A DNA stretch of 64,000 nucleotides from Octopus vulgaris (GCA_951406725.2 OX597820.1:105028001-105092000), one strand, 5' to 3'; shown: positions 1 through 14,396, counted from the first letter of the stretch. The notes: generated by a model from the sequence alone, not told the origin. Translations and numbers: made by a program.

Positions 1-3000
1 CTGTAGGTTGAGATGTTAAAGTGAATTAATAGTGATGCCATAGCAATCTAGGTCACTTGTCTCTTCATCATAATGGCTAATGTGAATACTGTCTATAAAA
101 CTGAATGAGACAGTGTCTGGTAAAGCAACTGACTAGTCTGATTAAGGAGTGGTTTGATATTCTTACTACATCAAGGAACCAACATTTATACAATAATGAA
201 TGAACCAAACACCTGGATTCAATTCAATTTCAGTAATTATTTTTAACTGAAAGAAAATTGGATAAAAATAAACAGAGATAAACATCTGTCTTATGCAAGT
301 AGTTACCTATTTAGCCACTAAGCGGCCAAGACAATGTCTAATTTTTGAGATCAAATGAGAAACTCTGTATTGAATGAGAGAGGCTTAGAAGCAGAAAACT
401 AATTCTGTGGCTGCATACTGGCAGGATAGTGAGATAAGGATTCTGCCTTTGTGAAGCTGTGACCCAGCCTTTATGAGTCCCTGCCTTTGCAAATTTGTGA
501 ATTTCTCTTGGTAAGCTTGTGACTCAAGTCAGTGGCAAATTTTAAGGCCATTTATGCTGTAAAAAGTATGAATATTACAACTCCCATTTTTTTCTGTTTT
601 CTTTTAATACACAGTAAATCAATAATACTAATCATCCATTGATTGCTACTAATCACAGATATGTGGTTAATTATTGTGATGGATAATTTCTGGATGAAAA
701 AAGATCAGTTATAGTTTACATCAGAATCAATTCAGTAAGGGAAAAAATAAAGTCTGTTGGTGTCCATCATCAAGGAGTTCTACTTTAAAGCATATCTTTT
801 TCTCTTCATAGCACATGGCACCTCAAATGACTCATATTTCAAATTATTCATTAACCACAGAGTGCATCTAAGTTCTGTTTTTAGTCAGTGTGGTACACAA
901 ATCTAGAGTAAGATATCCTTGGGAACTTCTCTATAAGCGACTGAAGAGATTAAAAGAAAAAAAAAAAGTTCCAACAGAAATTCCTGTTGTAAAAACAAAA
1001 ATTGAGATTCAGAAAGATTATACATAAATATAAAGAGCAAAGATGTAATTAGTAGTTTGAACAAGCTACTGGAAACAGGAAAGCAGCTTGTTAATGTATG
1101 TTTTGAAAAGGAGTGGCAGGAGTTCAATAACATGTAAACATTAAGTACACAAGTTGTTTTAATGATATTGTAGCTGGCCTGACAAGTTAATTCTTGTCTC
1201 AATACCTTGAGAACTGGCTCCAGTAAACTGAGCTAAGAGAAATAGAATTTCTGAGAAGACAAAGATAGGCATAGCAGTACTGAGATAAGGGAATAGGAAT
1301 TTAATGTCGCATAAATATATTGTAAATAATGGGGGAAATGTGCAGAAGACTTAATAGATAACTGACAATTGATTTGGGAGTTTTTCTGATCAACACACGC
1401 ACAGAGAAAACAATTATTTCTAATGGCACAAAACCAAAGACACTTTGGCATGGTGAATTACATTGACCTAGTTGTTCACTGGTACTTAGTTTATCAATGC
1501 CAGAAGGGAGAAGAGATTGAAGACAAATGTAAAGGGACATAAATGAGCATAACTACAGATGTGTGCCCCATCCCTGACTGCTTTCCCATAATTTCTTTAA
1601 AATGCATATTTTTCTATTAAATTTTCCAGAGATATGTTTTAAATGGTGTACAATCTAATTATGTCATAGAGGGGAGAAGGATTAAGGTAAAAATATTATT
1701 TTTCTCAGAGGACTGTTCCAAATCTCATACTGCATATTTTAAGGAAATTTTCCAGAGATACATTTCAAGGATATAGAATATGATTATCATGATGGAATTT
1801 GAAAAGAATTTTTTATCTTCATTCTACCTATCAAAAAATTAATGTCTGGAAATTTTCATTACAAATTATGCATTTAACAATGAGTGAAAGGGAATGATCC
1901 TACTAAAAAATGTTTTCAATCTCCACCACCACCACCACATAATTGTAATTTACACCATCTAAAATGTACCTCTGAGGAATTTCATCTAAATACCTGCATT
2001 TTTAATGAAATTATGGAGAAACAAATTCTGAGTGGGATGGTACATTTCCATAGTTATGTTCATAAAAACAGCAAGATATTCATCAGGCATCAATACTATT
2101 TTTTCCCCTGCACTGAAGATTCTGATTTCTCTCCTCTTACTTTTTTTTTATCTTCTATCAGGCATTTTGTGAACAAAAGCATCAAACACTATAAAGTTTT
2201 CTTCCATTGACTTAGTCATTGGTTCACTATATTTCCAATAATGAGAGTGACAGTGTTCTGTGTAACTTAGATGGAATAAATGCTAAGAATCTTTGTTCAA
2301 GTACACCAGCTGTAGTTGTATTGGTTTTCCTGTCATTGACCAGTTTTCACGGTCTCAAATTTTACTCATAAAGCATTGGACAATTAGAGGATGTGGAAAG
2401 CCTAAGCATTACACAATGAGATCAAAAGTGGAACCACTTTCTTGTAAACAGGTTTGTTGACCACATAGCCATACTTGGGGCCAAAAATTTGTCACGAAGT
2501 ATTAGTAGTGTCAGATAATGTAAGCTCATTCTGCTACACGGGTTTAATTTCTGATTCCGTTTGTTACTCTTTACTAACTCATTCTGTCTACAATTTCTAG
2601 CCAGATATCAGCTTAGAGAATGTTCCATCAGTCGGATTTTCCTTAAACAATCCTCCTCCTTGGTGGCAGGGGTGATGTCATAACAACATCCAGTTTTCTA
2701 GGCTTGCATCATGGGTCAGACTGAATTTCGCTGAGGCAAACTTTCTACAGTCAGATACCCTCACCTGTTTCCTAGCAAAGTAATATTTTCCCATGGTCAA
2801 CCTGTCTTTTATGGAAGAATAAATATGACAACACATGATTGGTAATGATGTTCACTTACAAACATCATACAATGTCAAGACACACATATGATGGGCTTCT
2901 TTCAGTTTCCATCTACAAAATCTATGTATAAGGCTTTGGTCAGCTCAGGGCTAAAGGAAAAAGCAGTTGCCCATGATGTCATACAATGGGAATGAACCCA

Positions 3001-3594
3001 AAGCCCCAAGACTTGGAAGCAAATATTTTAACCACACGGCCATATCCTATAACCATGCATGCACCTTTTTTTGCAACATAGACTTACTCAAGCTTTATCA
3101 ACAATACCTGAGGCCCCTTTTAAATTGTTTGGGACAATCAGTATACTTTCATTTTCATACAGCTGTTGTTGCTCTTTAACCTCAGAATATCCTATGTTGA
3201 GCAGACCTTCCCATTTTTTCATGAAGAGCATGATTAGTATCTAAAACTACATTGTCCATTGTACCCTGCTTTTTCTCATTCTACAAAGGGAAAGTGTGCT
3301 TTGAGAGAAATGTAGTTACTATTTCTAGCAGGTTAATAAGCTATATAGAGGCCCCTTCCTACTGCTTTCACTCTTCATATTGGTTTCACATTTTGGCATT
3401 TCGGGGAGTGGAATTAAGTCGATTACATTGACCCCAAAAGGATGAAAGGCTAAGTCAACCTCAGCAGAATTTGAACTCAGAACTTAAGGACAGAGGAAAT
3501 GCCACTAAGTATTTAGTCCGAGATGCTAATGATTCTGCCAGCTCATCACTTTCCCCCACTCTTAACACTAAGTTAAAAAGAAATGAAGAGAAAA

Positions 3595-3741
<147 letters not shown>

Positions 3742-4199
3742 AAGGAAACCTTGAATGCCATGTGCATTTTAATTATCATTAAATATCTGAGATGACCAAA
3801 TAGCTGTTGCATATCATTGAGATTTAAAACATAAAATTTATCAAAAATAGCCGTTAGATTTTACAGCAGAACAGCAGACATGATATTAGACTAAAGAAGA
3901 GAGAGAGAGATTGGATACATGAAGAAATAAAACCAAAGTTACAACAATAGCAATAGCAACAAGTGATATGATTCAGTCTCTGAGAAATCAATAAAGTAAT
4001 TCATAATTAGAGATAGATTATTTGGGGATTAGATTTCTATAAGAACTTTTATCATAGAAATTCAGCTCTACACATTTGTTATCAGTGTCTCCACATTACA
4101 GCCACCAACTGTATACACTGTTGCTAATGACAATGAATAGAGAGAGCAAACAGGATTATCTGAAAAGCATGTTGATACAAGCTCTGTCTCTGTTTCTGT

Positions 4200-4249
<50 letters not shown>

Positions 4250-4399
4250 ACGTGTGTATGTGTGTGTGCATGCACATCAAGGAGTTAAAGCTACCAGGAT
4301 CCTTTGCAAGATAGCTAATGATGGCTAAATTTTCTTTCTTTTTCTTTTGTTTGTTTGTTCCGTCTGCTACATATTTTTATTGTTTATACCCATTCCTTA

Positions 4400-4610
4400 C
4401 AAGGGGATGCTGAAAAGTTCCTGGCTTTGGGTAAAAGAAAATAAAGGAGGATCAGTTAATTAGAATTGTATTCAATATATTCCCCTCTCAGACCCTCATT
4501 GCAGCAGTTCTTCAGTTTTTCTAAACCCTGTAAAAGAACTGAGAACTTTGGGCCTCCAACCGGGCCTTTCATGATACCCTTAAAACTGGGAACTTTTCAG
4601 CAACCCCTCG
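4400..4610. mobile_element. Mariner-family MITE (~211 bp)
   Basis: Imperfect ~25-bp TIRs: TA|CAAGGGGATGCTGAAAAGTTCCTGG ... CTGGGAACTTTTCAGCAACCCCTCG. CGAGGGG-type ends after TA are typical of mariner elements. No ORF. Confidence 0.8.
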
Positions 4611-5127
4611 GATATCATCATTATTTTATGACTGCTTCCATGCTGGCATAGACAGGATGCTTGAACAATATCTAGCTGGTTGAACGACAATGTTTTCTTC
4701 CAATGCCCCTTTTTTTGTCCTAGTCTCAATGGCAAGATACCTTTCCTAACACCAGCCACTTGACAGAGTGCACTTTTCTTTCCAGCACAATATATGATGT
4801 CATGCCATCAGCAAGACTAAAGAGTTCTCTCAGGCCCTGTGTTGTCACAGTTCGGATTACTTAGAATGTACTGAGTGCTTTCTGTGGTACCAGCACTGTT
4901 GGAGACACCTTAGCCTGTAAAGCTAAAGAGAGTAGCCTATGACCGATTTTGAGAGGAGTGGAAGTGACAAAGGTGAAGAATGGGAAAGGATAATGTCAGG
5001 GATTAGTGTTTTGAATTTTTTATAAACATATTTTTGCAATTATCTGATAATGAAAGCATAAACTTGCCCAAATGCATCAATAAATTAACATTGATACTTT
5101 TTTTTACTGCTGTTACAACCATCTGAG

Positions 5128-6078
5128 ATGGGACCATCAAAGCGCGATATTTGAGCAATTTTACTATTCAACTCCAAGAAAAGGACGTAAAGCAGCTGAA
5201 ACTGCTCACAACATCAACGAAACATTTGATGAGCAAATAACCTGTGAGTGGTCAGCTCGAAAATGGTTTAAACGATTTCCCAGTGGAGACCTGAACCTTA
5301 AAGATCTTGAGCGTAGTAGATACCCATTTCTCACCAATGACAGTCAATTAAAGCCTGCCATTGAGAAAGATGCATGTAAAACCACTTGAGAACTGGCAAA
5401 AGAACTTCAAATTAGCCAGAAAACTGTCTGCAATTATTTGCATGCAATCGGAAAATCAAAAAAGCTCGATAAATGAGTACCACACGATTTGAATGAAAAT
5501 CAGAAAATGCGCAGACATGAAATTTGCTTGTTGTTTCTTCTCCATAACTAAACTGATCCATTTCTCAACCGTATTGTAACTTGTGATGAAAAGTGGATCC
5601 TGTACAATAATAGAAAACGTTCTTCACAGTGGTTGGACCAAAATGAAGCACTGAAAACCTTCCCTAAACCTTCAAAAAGGTTATGGTGACTGTTTGGTGG
5701 TGTACTGCTGGAATCATTCACTATAACTTCTTAAAACCCAGAAAAACCATTACTGCAGAAACATATTGCCATGAAATTGCCAAAATGAACAAAAATCTGC
5801 TACTCCTTCATGACAATGCTCAACGACACGTTTCACTAAGGATGCTCCAGAAACTGAGGGAACTTGGCTATGATGTTCTTCCCCACTCAGCTTATTCCCC
5901 AAACCTTTCTCCTACTGACTACCACAGTTACAAGCTCTATGATGGTTTCCATCAACAGAAAGAGTTCAAAAATCAAACCGATGCTGAAAGTGCATTCAAA
6001 GAGTTCATCAGCTCCAGAACTCCAGATTTTTGTCACCAAAATAAACAAAATTGTAACTCATTAGCAAAAATGTACTGA
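5128..6078 (+). pseudogene. Decayed mariner (Hsmar1/Mos1-like) transposase
   Basis: Reads ATG 5128 ...KAAETAHNINETF... (HTH), *VPHDL (WVPHEL motif), IVTCDEKWILYNN, MVTVWW, LLHDNA, HSAYSPNLSPTDYH (YSPDLAP motif). Several stops, frameshifts and small deletions. Confidence 0.93.
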
Positions 6079-6160
6079 TTATAATGGTACTTACTTTGAT
6101 GAATAAAATTTTCACATTGTTGAAATATATTGTGATGAATTTCATGCTTCAAAACTTAGC

Positions 6161-6606
6161 TTACTTTTTATTCAAACAGCCCACATACAGTTGTCCGTGC
6201 GAAAAGCAGGGAGTGCTGAGGTCCAACCCCATGATTTTCAATGGCTGCCCCTGTGCTTTGTTGATGGTCATCGCGAAGCTCGGGCGAATAGGGAATTGAA
6301 CGCGTTTCATCAGATAAACACAGTCTGACGGAATCAATGGCATGCGGGAAATAAAAACAACATCCCCTGCTCCTTAACTTTTTTGTGCAAACTGCACATG
6401 CATTTTTCTCGTGTACACGTAGTATCAATCGCAACAGCTGATGTACTTGCACGTACAAATGCACGTTCCCACGGCTTTATCGATCGCATTCTCACCTGGA
6501 ATCGATTTTTGTAATTTTTTCAAGACTTATACACGCTCTGATACCGTCAGTACCTACATATCAAATTTGAACACAATCGGATGGAGGATGCCCAAGATCC
6601 TAAAAG

Positions 6607-6652
<46 letters not shown>

Positions 6653-6659
6653 CGGATTT

Positions 6660-6680
<21 letters not shown>
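6161..6680 (-). mobile_element. Non-autonomous Helitron fragment carrying the PIF1-helicase C-terminus
   Basis: ORF 6161..6343 has [18 protein letters not shown]...[12 protein letters not shown] (RepHel helicase motifs V/VI). The minus-strand 5' end reads (TA)nTAAAA-TCCGTTC-(TG)n...CCGATTGTGTTCAAATTTG, a layout typical of small Helitrons. The 3' CTRR end is not seen. Confidence 0.85.
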
Positions 6681-6695
<15 letters not shown>

Positions 6696-6714
6696 AGATA
6701 CCAGTGCTTCCTGA

Positions 6715-6930
6715 CTAGCTCCTGTGCTAGTGGCACATAAAAAGCAATATTTAAATGAAAATCAGAAAATGTGCAGGGTGGCTGGTGTGGTTGGTATTAG
6801 TAAGGGCATCCAGCTGTAGAAACCTTGCCAGATAAGATTGGAGCCTGGTGCAGCTTCCCAGGTAGCCAGTCCTTAGTCAAACCATCCAACCCATGCCAGC
6901 ATGGAAAGCAGACGTTTAACAATGATAATG
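6715..6930 (+). mobile_element. RTE-associated 3'-end repeat with (GAT)n tail; related copies at ~7110-7215(-), 19215-19430(-), 28210-28460(-), 30460-30720(+), 35250-35592(+), 46640-46840(+), 48125-48340(-)
   Basis: Shared GGTTGGYRTTAGGAAGGGCATCCAGCYGTAGAAAC...CCAACCCATGCCAGCATGGAAA-GATGATGAT. The copy at 30460 directly follows the RTE RT remnant. Confidence 0.75.
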
Positions 6931-7642
6931 AAGATACATATATACATATATGTATATGTACATACATGCACATATATATCGTAATTCATACTATGATCAT
7001 AAAGCAAATTACTGAAAAGAAATTAAAATTCCATATTCATATTTTGCATTAAGTACTACATATAAAAGTAATCAACTTTGACTGAACCAATCTCAGACAT
7101 TATACACATATATCATCATCTAACATCCGTTTTCTATGCTGGCATGAGCTGGATAATTTGACAGAATCTGGTAAGCTGCAGGGCTGCATTGACCTCTTGT
7201 GTCAGCTTTGGTATGCAAGTGTGTGTGTGCGTGTATGCGTATATGTACATGTGAGTGTGTTATGTGTGCATACATTTATATTTAACTCTGATTATATGTT
7301 TTTGTATATTTGTTGAGAGAATGATTTATTAATTGTTAAATGCCTTGATAGTACTTCTATCTAATTAATACGCATAACAGCGGTTCCGTATAGTCCACAT
7401 GCTTTACTATATACTCTTGTACATATCATTATATCTCTCAATTTTCATATTTATCCTTGTCTATGTTTACAACATATGGTCATAATTAATATATTTAGTA
7501 TACAGCATTTTACCATTTTTGGTATCATAAGGACTGTTGTGTCTTTGATTTTTACCATTATTCTGTGTATGTTTTTGCATACATAGAGATGTCTATGCAT
7601 AGACACACACACACACACACGCACGTGTGTATGTATGTATAT

Positions 7643-8013
7643 GTGGTAAGTAGCTTGCTAACCAACCACATGGTTCTGGGTTCAATCCCACTGCGTGGCA
7701 TCTTGGGCAAGTGTCTTCTGCTATAGCCCCGGGCCGACCAATGCCTTATGAGTGGATTTGGTAGACGGAAACTGAAAGAAGCCTGTCGTATATATGTATA
7801 TATATATATGTATGTGTGTCTGTGTTTGTCCCCCTAGCATTGCTTGACAACCGATGCTGGTGTGTGTTTACGTCCCCGTCACTTAGCGGTTCGGCAAAAG
7901 AAACCGATAGAATAAGTACTGGGCTTACAAAGAATAAGTCCCGGGGTCGATTTGCTCGACTAAAGGCGGTGCTCCAGCATGGCCGCAGTCAAATGACTGA
8001 AACAAGTAAAAGA
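7643..8013 (+). mobile_element. tRNA-derived SINE, family A (abundant octopus-type SINE), near full length
   Basis: tRNA-like head (TGTGGTAAG...GGTTCAATCCC), internal (TA)/(TG) tract, tail ...CCAGCATGGCCGCAGTCAAATGACTGAAACAAGTAAAAG. Nearly identical to the copies at 16722, 43283 and 52707. Confidence 0.9.
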
Positions 8014-8904
8014 GATATTCACACACACACAAATTATATTTTGTACACTTGTTAATGTGGGTATGTATCTCTCTATATATGTGTGCATGTGTGTGTGTTT
8101 AATAGCTTACTACACACACATACACAAATGTATACACATATATTTAGAGGCAAATCATTGAAGAGGTCACTGACAAAAGGACATTGACTGGCAAGCAGCA
8201 TATTAAACCAACTGACTAACAATAAAAAAGTGATATTGAACCAGTGCGTGTGTTTCTGGTCTTTGTGTAAGACAAGATATATTTTTATCATTTTACATTT
8301 TTATTATTTATAACAATTTTAAACCAACCTCTTTCTCTTTTTTTAGTTTTATTTCTTCCTGCATAAAATCTTTCCTGACTTCCATAATATTATTTCTAAT
8401 TTATAATTCCCCCTATCATTATAATTCCAAATATATTCCATTATTCAACTCTCATGTTTTTACCATGAGCCATTACCACATAACAGAGTGATTCTTGAAT
8501 CACAGTAAGAATAGGTGGTGCCAAGCTTCTTCTGAAAGTTAATCATAACACACAAAACTCCTATCCAAGAGTAGGATCCAAATCTTGACTCAATGCATGT
8601 GCAAATACATGTGCAAAAAGAAAGCAATTTGTTTAATATACAGGACAAGTTAAAAGTCATGAAGGGGTCTGAAAGTTGCATAAATATATCCATTATTATT
8701 TTATTTATGTATTTTTATTTATCTTTTCTTTTTCTTATTTCAGTCATTAGTTGCAGCCATGCAGAGGAAACCATCTTGAAGAACTTTAGCTGAATGAATC
8801 TTATTTTTCTTTTGTAAAGCAAAGCACTTACTGTTAGTCTCTTTTGTCAAACAGTAAGCACACTAACAATAGTTGTCAAGCAGAGGTGGTGGACAAACAC
8901 ATAC

Positions 8905-8948
<44 letters not shown>

Positions 8949-10519
8949 CAAATAAGAAAATGGAGAAGCACATTAGTTGGTTCATCAACTTTAGGACATT
9001 AAAATGTTGACTTATTTATTTATCATAACAACAAAAACACTTGTGTATTAATAATTGGGTATTATACCAACAGTATATTGGATAAATATTATCCCTTAGT
9101 GGGTTGGATCCACAACCCCTAACTTTCTTGGTATATATATATATATGATAAGCTACTTTTAGTTTCCATCTATCACATCTACTGACATGGCTTTGGTCAA
9201 CTCAAGGCTATAGTAGAAGACACTTGACCAAGGTGTCACACAGTGGGACTGAACCCAGAATCATGTGATTGGGAAGCAAACTTCTTACCATACAGCCATG
9301 CTTGTACCTATTATTTATTGCATTTATTCATTTATCTATAGTATTTACAATTTGTCATCGTTCACACCTTGCATACATTTATTTATTATATATACTGTAT
9401 GATATGCTACAATATTGTAAGTTTAAAACAACAAAAGCAAAAAATAAGATAAAGGAGTTATTAAATATTGAAGTTCTTTCCTGACTTTTGGCCCACTCTA
9501 TACAGAAATAGAAGACATCAATTTGCCAAAAAATAGTGAAGAAACACTCATATTCTTCATTTATTGCTATCAGAAGTTATGCCTGGAATGTTGCATATAA
9601 CAGTAGGTGATACTGTAATGTCTGGGTGGATGGTCAGACAGCTTCTTGCTGGTAATCTAAAAACCATCCTATATAATTGATGGTTATTCTCTAACAGTGT
9701 ACAGTATCATGAATAACTTTGAAACTAGTTATTATTGCAAAAGTTGTACACTTTTAGCAAGTTCCCTAATTTCAGCACAAAAACTGGGCTCCCAGTTTTT
9801 ATCAATTGTCCTGGTGAGTTTAACTTCATAGAAATACTTTAACTTTTTTGTTACCATATTTCTATTGAAACACACTGCTTTTTGCTTTGGTTAATTTTTC
9901 TCAGTTTTAACATCCACTTTTTCATGTTCACATTGATCAGATAGAATTTATTGCAGCAGATTTTCTACAGCCATATGCCCTTCTTGTCATTTGTTTCCAT
10001 GTAAGGTAATATTTCCCAACAACCAGACATGTTTTCATAAAAGATTGAAAAGACAGTATTTGCCTAAGGGTGACACTTATTTATAGCTGTCTCATGATGT
10101 CAAAGCAAGGAGACAGTAAAATACACACACATATATATATATATGTTGAAATTAAAGTTTCAATTAAAATTTATGTGTTGGGTTTGTCCCTAATAGTATA
10201 CCAAAATTCATTGTATAGTTTCCCACCTGCAAGGGGGCAATACAAAATGTGTTGAAACAATCATTGTGATAAATAAAGTTTCCAGTATATTCTATCTTTA
10301 GTGTCCATTGCTTCTATTATATATATATATATTAATAATATACGGTAAAAACTAATTAATTAATTATTATTTTAATAATAATATAATTTACTCCATGATC
10401 AAAACTGAAGTTTTGCTGTGGGATAGGTTGTAACACACACATGGGTATAAAAGATAAATATGTATCACATTTAGCTGTATATTTATTGGGAAGCACCAGC
10501 AGTGTACATAAAAAAATAA

Positions 10520-12440
10520 TAATAAGCTAAGAGTGTGCGCAGACATCTCAACTGGGTTAAACAACTGTTAAACACAGAATTACCCACTTCCAAGCCTGGA
10601 AGAAGTTTTTGCTAAACTAAACAGAGGAAAAATTTTTTCAGAGTTAGACCTCTCAGAGGTATACCTTCAAATTCAGTTAGAGGAAGATTGAACATATCTA
10701 CTAACAGTCAACACACACCATGGATAGTACAAGTTCAAACAACTGCCATTTGGAGTAAAAGTGGCACTTGCCATATTCCAACAAATAGTAGATGTGATGT
10801 TAAGTGATTGCGACTTCACCATCACATACCTTGATGACATTCTGATAAAGAGCAAGTCTTGGGTACATGCCAAACACATAAAGAAAGCATTTAAGAGAAT
10901 AAGTGAGTACGGTCTAAAACTGACAGAAGAAAAATGCAAATTTTTTATGAAAAAATAAAATACCTTGGTCAAGTAACCAGCGAAAGTGGATGCAGACCAG
11001 ACCCATCAAGGGTGATGGCAATACAAAATATGATTCCCCCAACAAACGTGACGAAACTACAAGCATTCCTAGGCTTTGTAAATTATTACCAAGTGTATAT
11101 GCCAAATATACATAAGGTAAGGGTACCTCTTAATGAAGCATTTCTTTAAAATGCCAAATGGAAAGAAATGCACGAAATGACAAATTTATTAATGAGACAA
11201 AAACAAAAACTGTGGTCAACAAAAAAAATAAAAGTCTGATGCAAAGAACTGCTAAGATGTGAGTGTGTACTCTCTATGTGATGGTGTACTAATGTACACT
11301 CAGAGGGTAGTCATACCAGAGACATTACAGAAGAGAATGATGAAAGAGTTCTATGTGGGACACCTAGGCTTCTCTAGAATGAAAGCGCTAATATGAAGTG
11401 GTAGTAGTCAGTCATGGACAAGGAAGTTAAAAACCTGGTAAAAGGCTGCAGAGGATGTGCACTGGCAGCAAAACTACCTACTACTAAATGTGAACCTGAG
11501 CCATAAGTGAAAACACCATGGTCCTGATTGAATATCGATTTTGCAGGCCCAATGAATGGATATTATTACTTAATAGTAGTGGCTAGCTACACAAAATGGC
11601 CTGAGGTCATGAGGTGTAAACAACCAACCTCATAAATGGTAATAAACTTCGTACATGAACTGTTCACAAGATTTGGTGTACCAGATACAATTGTCTCTGA
11701 TAACAGAACACAGTTTGTATCCAGTGAGTTTAAAAGATTCTGCATGATGTTCACATTAGAACATAAAACTAAAGCACCATATCAGCCTAAATCAAATGGA
11801 AGGGCCAAACGGTCAGTGGATTCTTTTAAGAGAACTTTAAAGAAAGCTAATAAAGAAGCCACAGACAAGGTCACAATCCAACAATTCTTAAGGGTATACA
11901 GGGTATCTCCAACCTAAATGCACCAAAAGGAAGTTCACCAGCGGAATTAATGTTTGCCAAAAAAGTGAAGTCAATATTCAATAAATTATTACCAGTGAAG
12001 AAAAAATACATGCTAGTAAAGACATGCCAAAATTCCTTAAAATTAGCGATAAGGTATATATAAGAATGTACAAAAATGGTAAGCAATACTGGAAAGAAGG
12101 AGAAATTGTAACATACATAGGAAGAATGATGTATGGTGTAAGAAGCAGAATTGGAATGGAAAAGAGACATAGAAATCAGCTTAACCCTTTAGCATTTAAA
12201 CCGGCCATATCCGGCCAAAAGTATTCTGCTTGTTTTATGTTCAAACTGGCCAGATCTGGTCTCTCACACCAACCCTACAATATCGCTTTAAAAGTTAACA
12301 GCTACCTCATCAGAATCTCATAGCTACAAGATAATGCATGATTAGTTCAAAACAATGTGGATAAAAAAGGATTAATTTTGGCAGAATAATGCAAACACTA
12401 AAGGGTTAAGGAAAGAGTCATAGAAAAGGAACCAACAAGA
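10520..12440 (+). mobile_element. Decayed Ty3/Gypsy LTR-retrotransposon pol (RT + integrase)
   Basis: RT motifs LDLSEVYLQI, LPFGV, YLDDILI, KCKF and LQAFLGFVNYY. Integrase motifs GHLG..CRGC, IDFAGP, RFGVPDTIVSDN, PYQPKSNGRA and RHRNQLR. Multiple stops and frameshifts. The RNase H region appears deleted. Confidence 0.93.
12185..12405. mobile_element. TTAA-specific (piggyBac-like) MITE inserted in the Gypsy integrase; related copies at ~16530-17160 (split by a SINE), 37403-37630 and 40367-40590
   Basis: TTAA|CCCTTTAG ... CTAAAGGG|TTAA with duplicated TTAA (12181-12184, 12406-12409). Removing it restores the frame RHRNQL-RKRVIEKEP. Confidence 0.88.
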
Positions 12441-12479
12441 GTAGAAATATTGATGGATTGGCTATATGACACTTTTCAC

Positions 12480-12640
12480 GATAGTGATGTGTTTATGTCC
12501 TTGTAACTTAGCAGTTTGGAAAAAGAGACCAATAGAATAAGTACTAGGCTTACAAAAATAAGTCCTGGGGTCGATTTGATCGACTAAAGGCGGTGCTCCA
12601 GCATGGCCGCAGTCAAATGACTGAAACAAGTAAAGAGAGA
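12480..12640 (+). mobile_element. SINE family A, 3' half
   Basis: Matches the 3' part of the 7643 copy. Confidence 0.85.
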
Positions 12641-13446
12641 GTGTAAGGGAGATGTTATATAGTGAAACTGTACACCCTTCCCCAGGTAAAAAGTGGTAGT
12701 AGCCAGCCATTATAAATAAACCAGTAGCCGGTCGACAGGAGAAGATCAGGAAAGTCGAGAGTACATGTAGACTGTGTTGATAGTCATGTCTGTGCCGATA
12801 TAGTAATTATATTGTGGTACTGAGTGGGCGTTATAACGATCCAACCTTTTGAGGATAATAACACTGTATGACTGGGGGGGGGGGCGTACAGTGCCAGAGA
12901 GAAACATTCTATCACTGACTTTGGATGATAACAATATCTATCAGAGTCACAACTGTCATCAAAAGACAGATACAACAGTGACAAAAGCCCACTTTACAAC
13001 ACTAAATAACATGTATCTAATCAGACAGAATGAAAAGAATGAGCAACTCTGAGAAGTTTGCACCAAATACTATTATACCTTCCAAAATAGAGCAAAAAAA
13101 TTCCTGAAAAATGTCAGCCAAAAAGTACAGAAGCCTCCTTTAATAGACAAGAGAGGGGAATAGGGAGAGAGACAGGGGAGGGCAGGTATGTAATATTCAC
13201 ACTTGTTCACTGATAAGAAGGGCTCTGTTATAATAAGTATGTAAGCAATAGAACAGTAATGGGTCAGTTACCAAAGCCCACCCTTTCTATCTTTTTTTAA
13301 AGGAATAACATAGACATTGGAGGGAGATGATGGGTAGTTACTTCAGCTTCCCTTTTCAACAAGAGATTGGTGACAAGAAACAGCTGGATAGAGAATCAAT
13401 CTCTCTTTCACACACATGCACTCACACTCTCTCTTTCTCTCTCTGT

Positions 13447-13477
<31 letters not shown>

Positions 13478-14396
13478 AATACATGCACTGACACACCTGC
13501 ACTCTATTCCTCACCATCTCTCTCTTTCACATACACTCATTCTGTCTCTCTATTTAGCTCCTGTTGGCAATAAGACTATTGCCTGTAATCTCTAATATTT
13601 TAAGTAGAAGGATAACTTGCTGAAGAGAGATGGGAAGGGGTGCAAAGAGGAATCCTTTCCTTACAGCTGGGGCAAGAGAGCAAGGGATTATTGTAAGGCA
13701 GTGTGAGGGATGTTCATATAATCAGCCTCTCTCTTACTGTGAAGGAGTGTGGGAGGGGCAGAGAAGGCTAGGAAGAAATTCCTTTAAATGTCAGATAACA
13801 ACAGGGAAGGTGTTCATACTTACAGTTGGTAAAGATACTAATAACTAATAAAAGAATAGGAAAATAAGGGTTCTCAGATAATTTGGTAAGGGGTTCAAAT
13901 TGCTCCCAATTGGAGGGAAGGAGGGAGTTAAAAAATAGGATGCTGTCTTTTTCTTTCAGTGTTAAGAGACTAAGGCTGGTAGTAGACACCTACCCACACA
14001 TACAGAAAAAGAAATTTAAAAACTCACGCCCACCCATGCCCAACTGAACAAAAGAACAGAACAAGCACCACCTTAACTCCTCCAATGCCCTCCCTACCAC
14101 CTTTGAAAGTCATCATCCACACTGACATGACAACACCTCCTACACTTCCTTGTAACTAGGTTATCTCAGTGAGCTACCCCATCTTTCTATCATTATCATC
14201 TCTCCACAGGATGTGTAGTGGCTGAGCCTGAAATATTACTATGGGTTTGATATGTTTTCCACCAAAGTTACAGCAAAGGAGGGAAAAAAAAAGAAAAGAA
14301 CTAAAACACACACACATCTAAAATGTTACATCTTTTCAAACTAACCCACAAACACAGAGAAAATTAAATTTGAACAAAATTCCACATTAAATGAAT

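Noticed and set aside
903-1540. Minus-strand ORFs as the next vinculin exon
   Set aside because: No GILQGTS/FDESEVRKI similarity; probably decayed repeat.
7643-7720. tRNA gene
   Set aside because: These are tRNA-derived SINE heads that continue into SINE body, with no complete cloverleaf or terminator.
10220-10275. Possible hammerhead in a (TA)n insert (CACCTGCAAGGG...GAAACAATCATTGTG)
   Set aside because: The core does not fit YUGANRA, and the position-17 base would be G. At best a heavily decayed relic.
12640-13280. Purine tract followed by TGT at 12653 as the Gypsy 3' LTR
   Set aside because: Position is plausible, but a SINE tail overlaps the purine tract and no matching 5' LTR or CA end was found.
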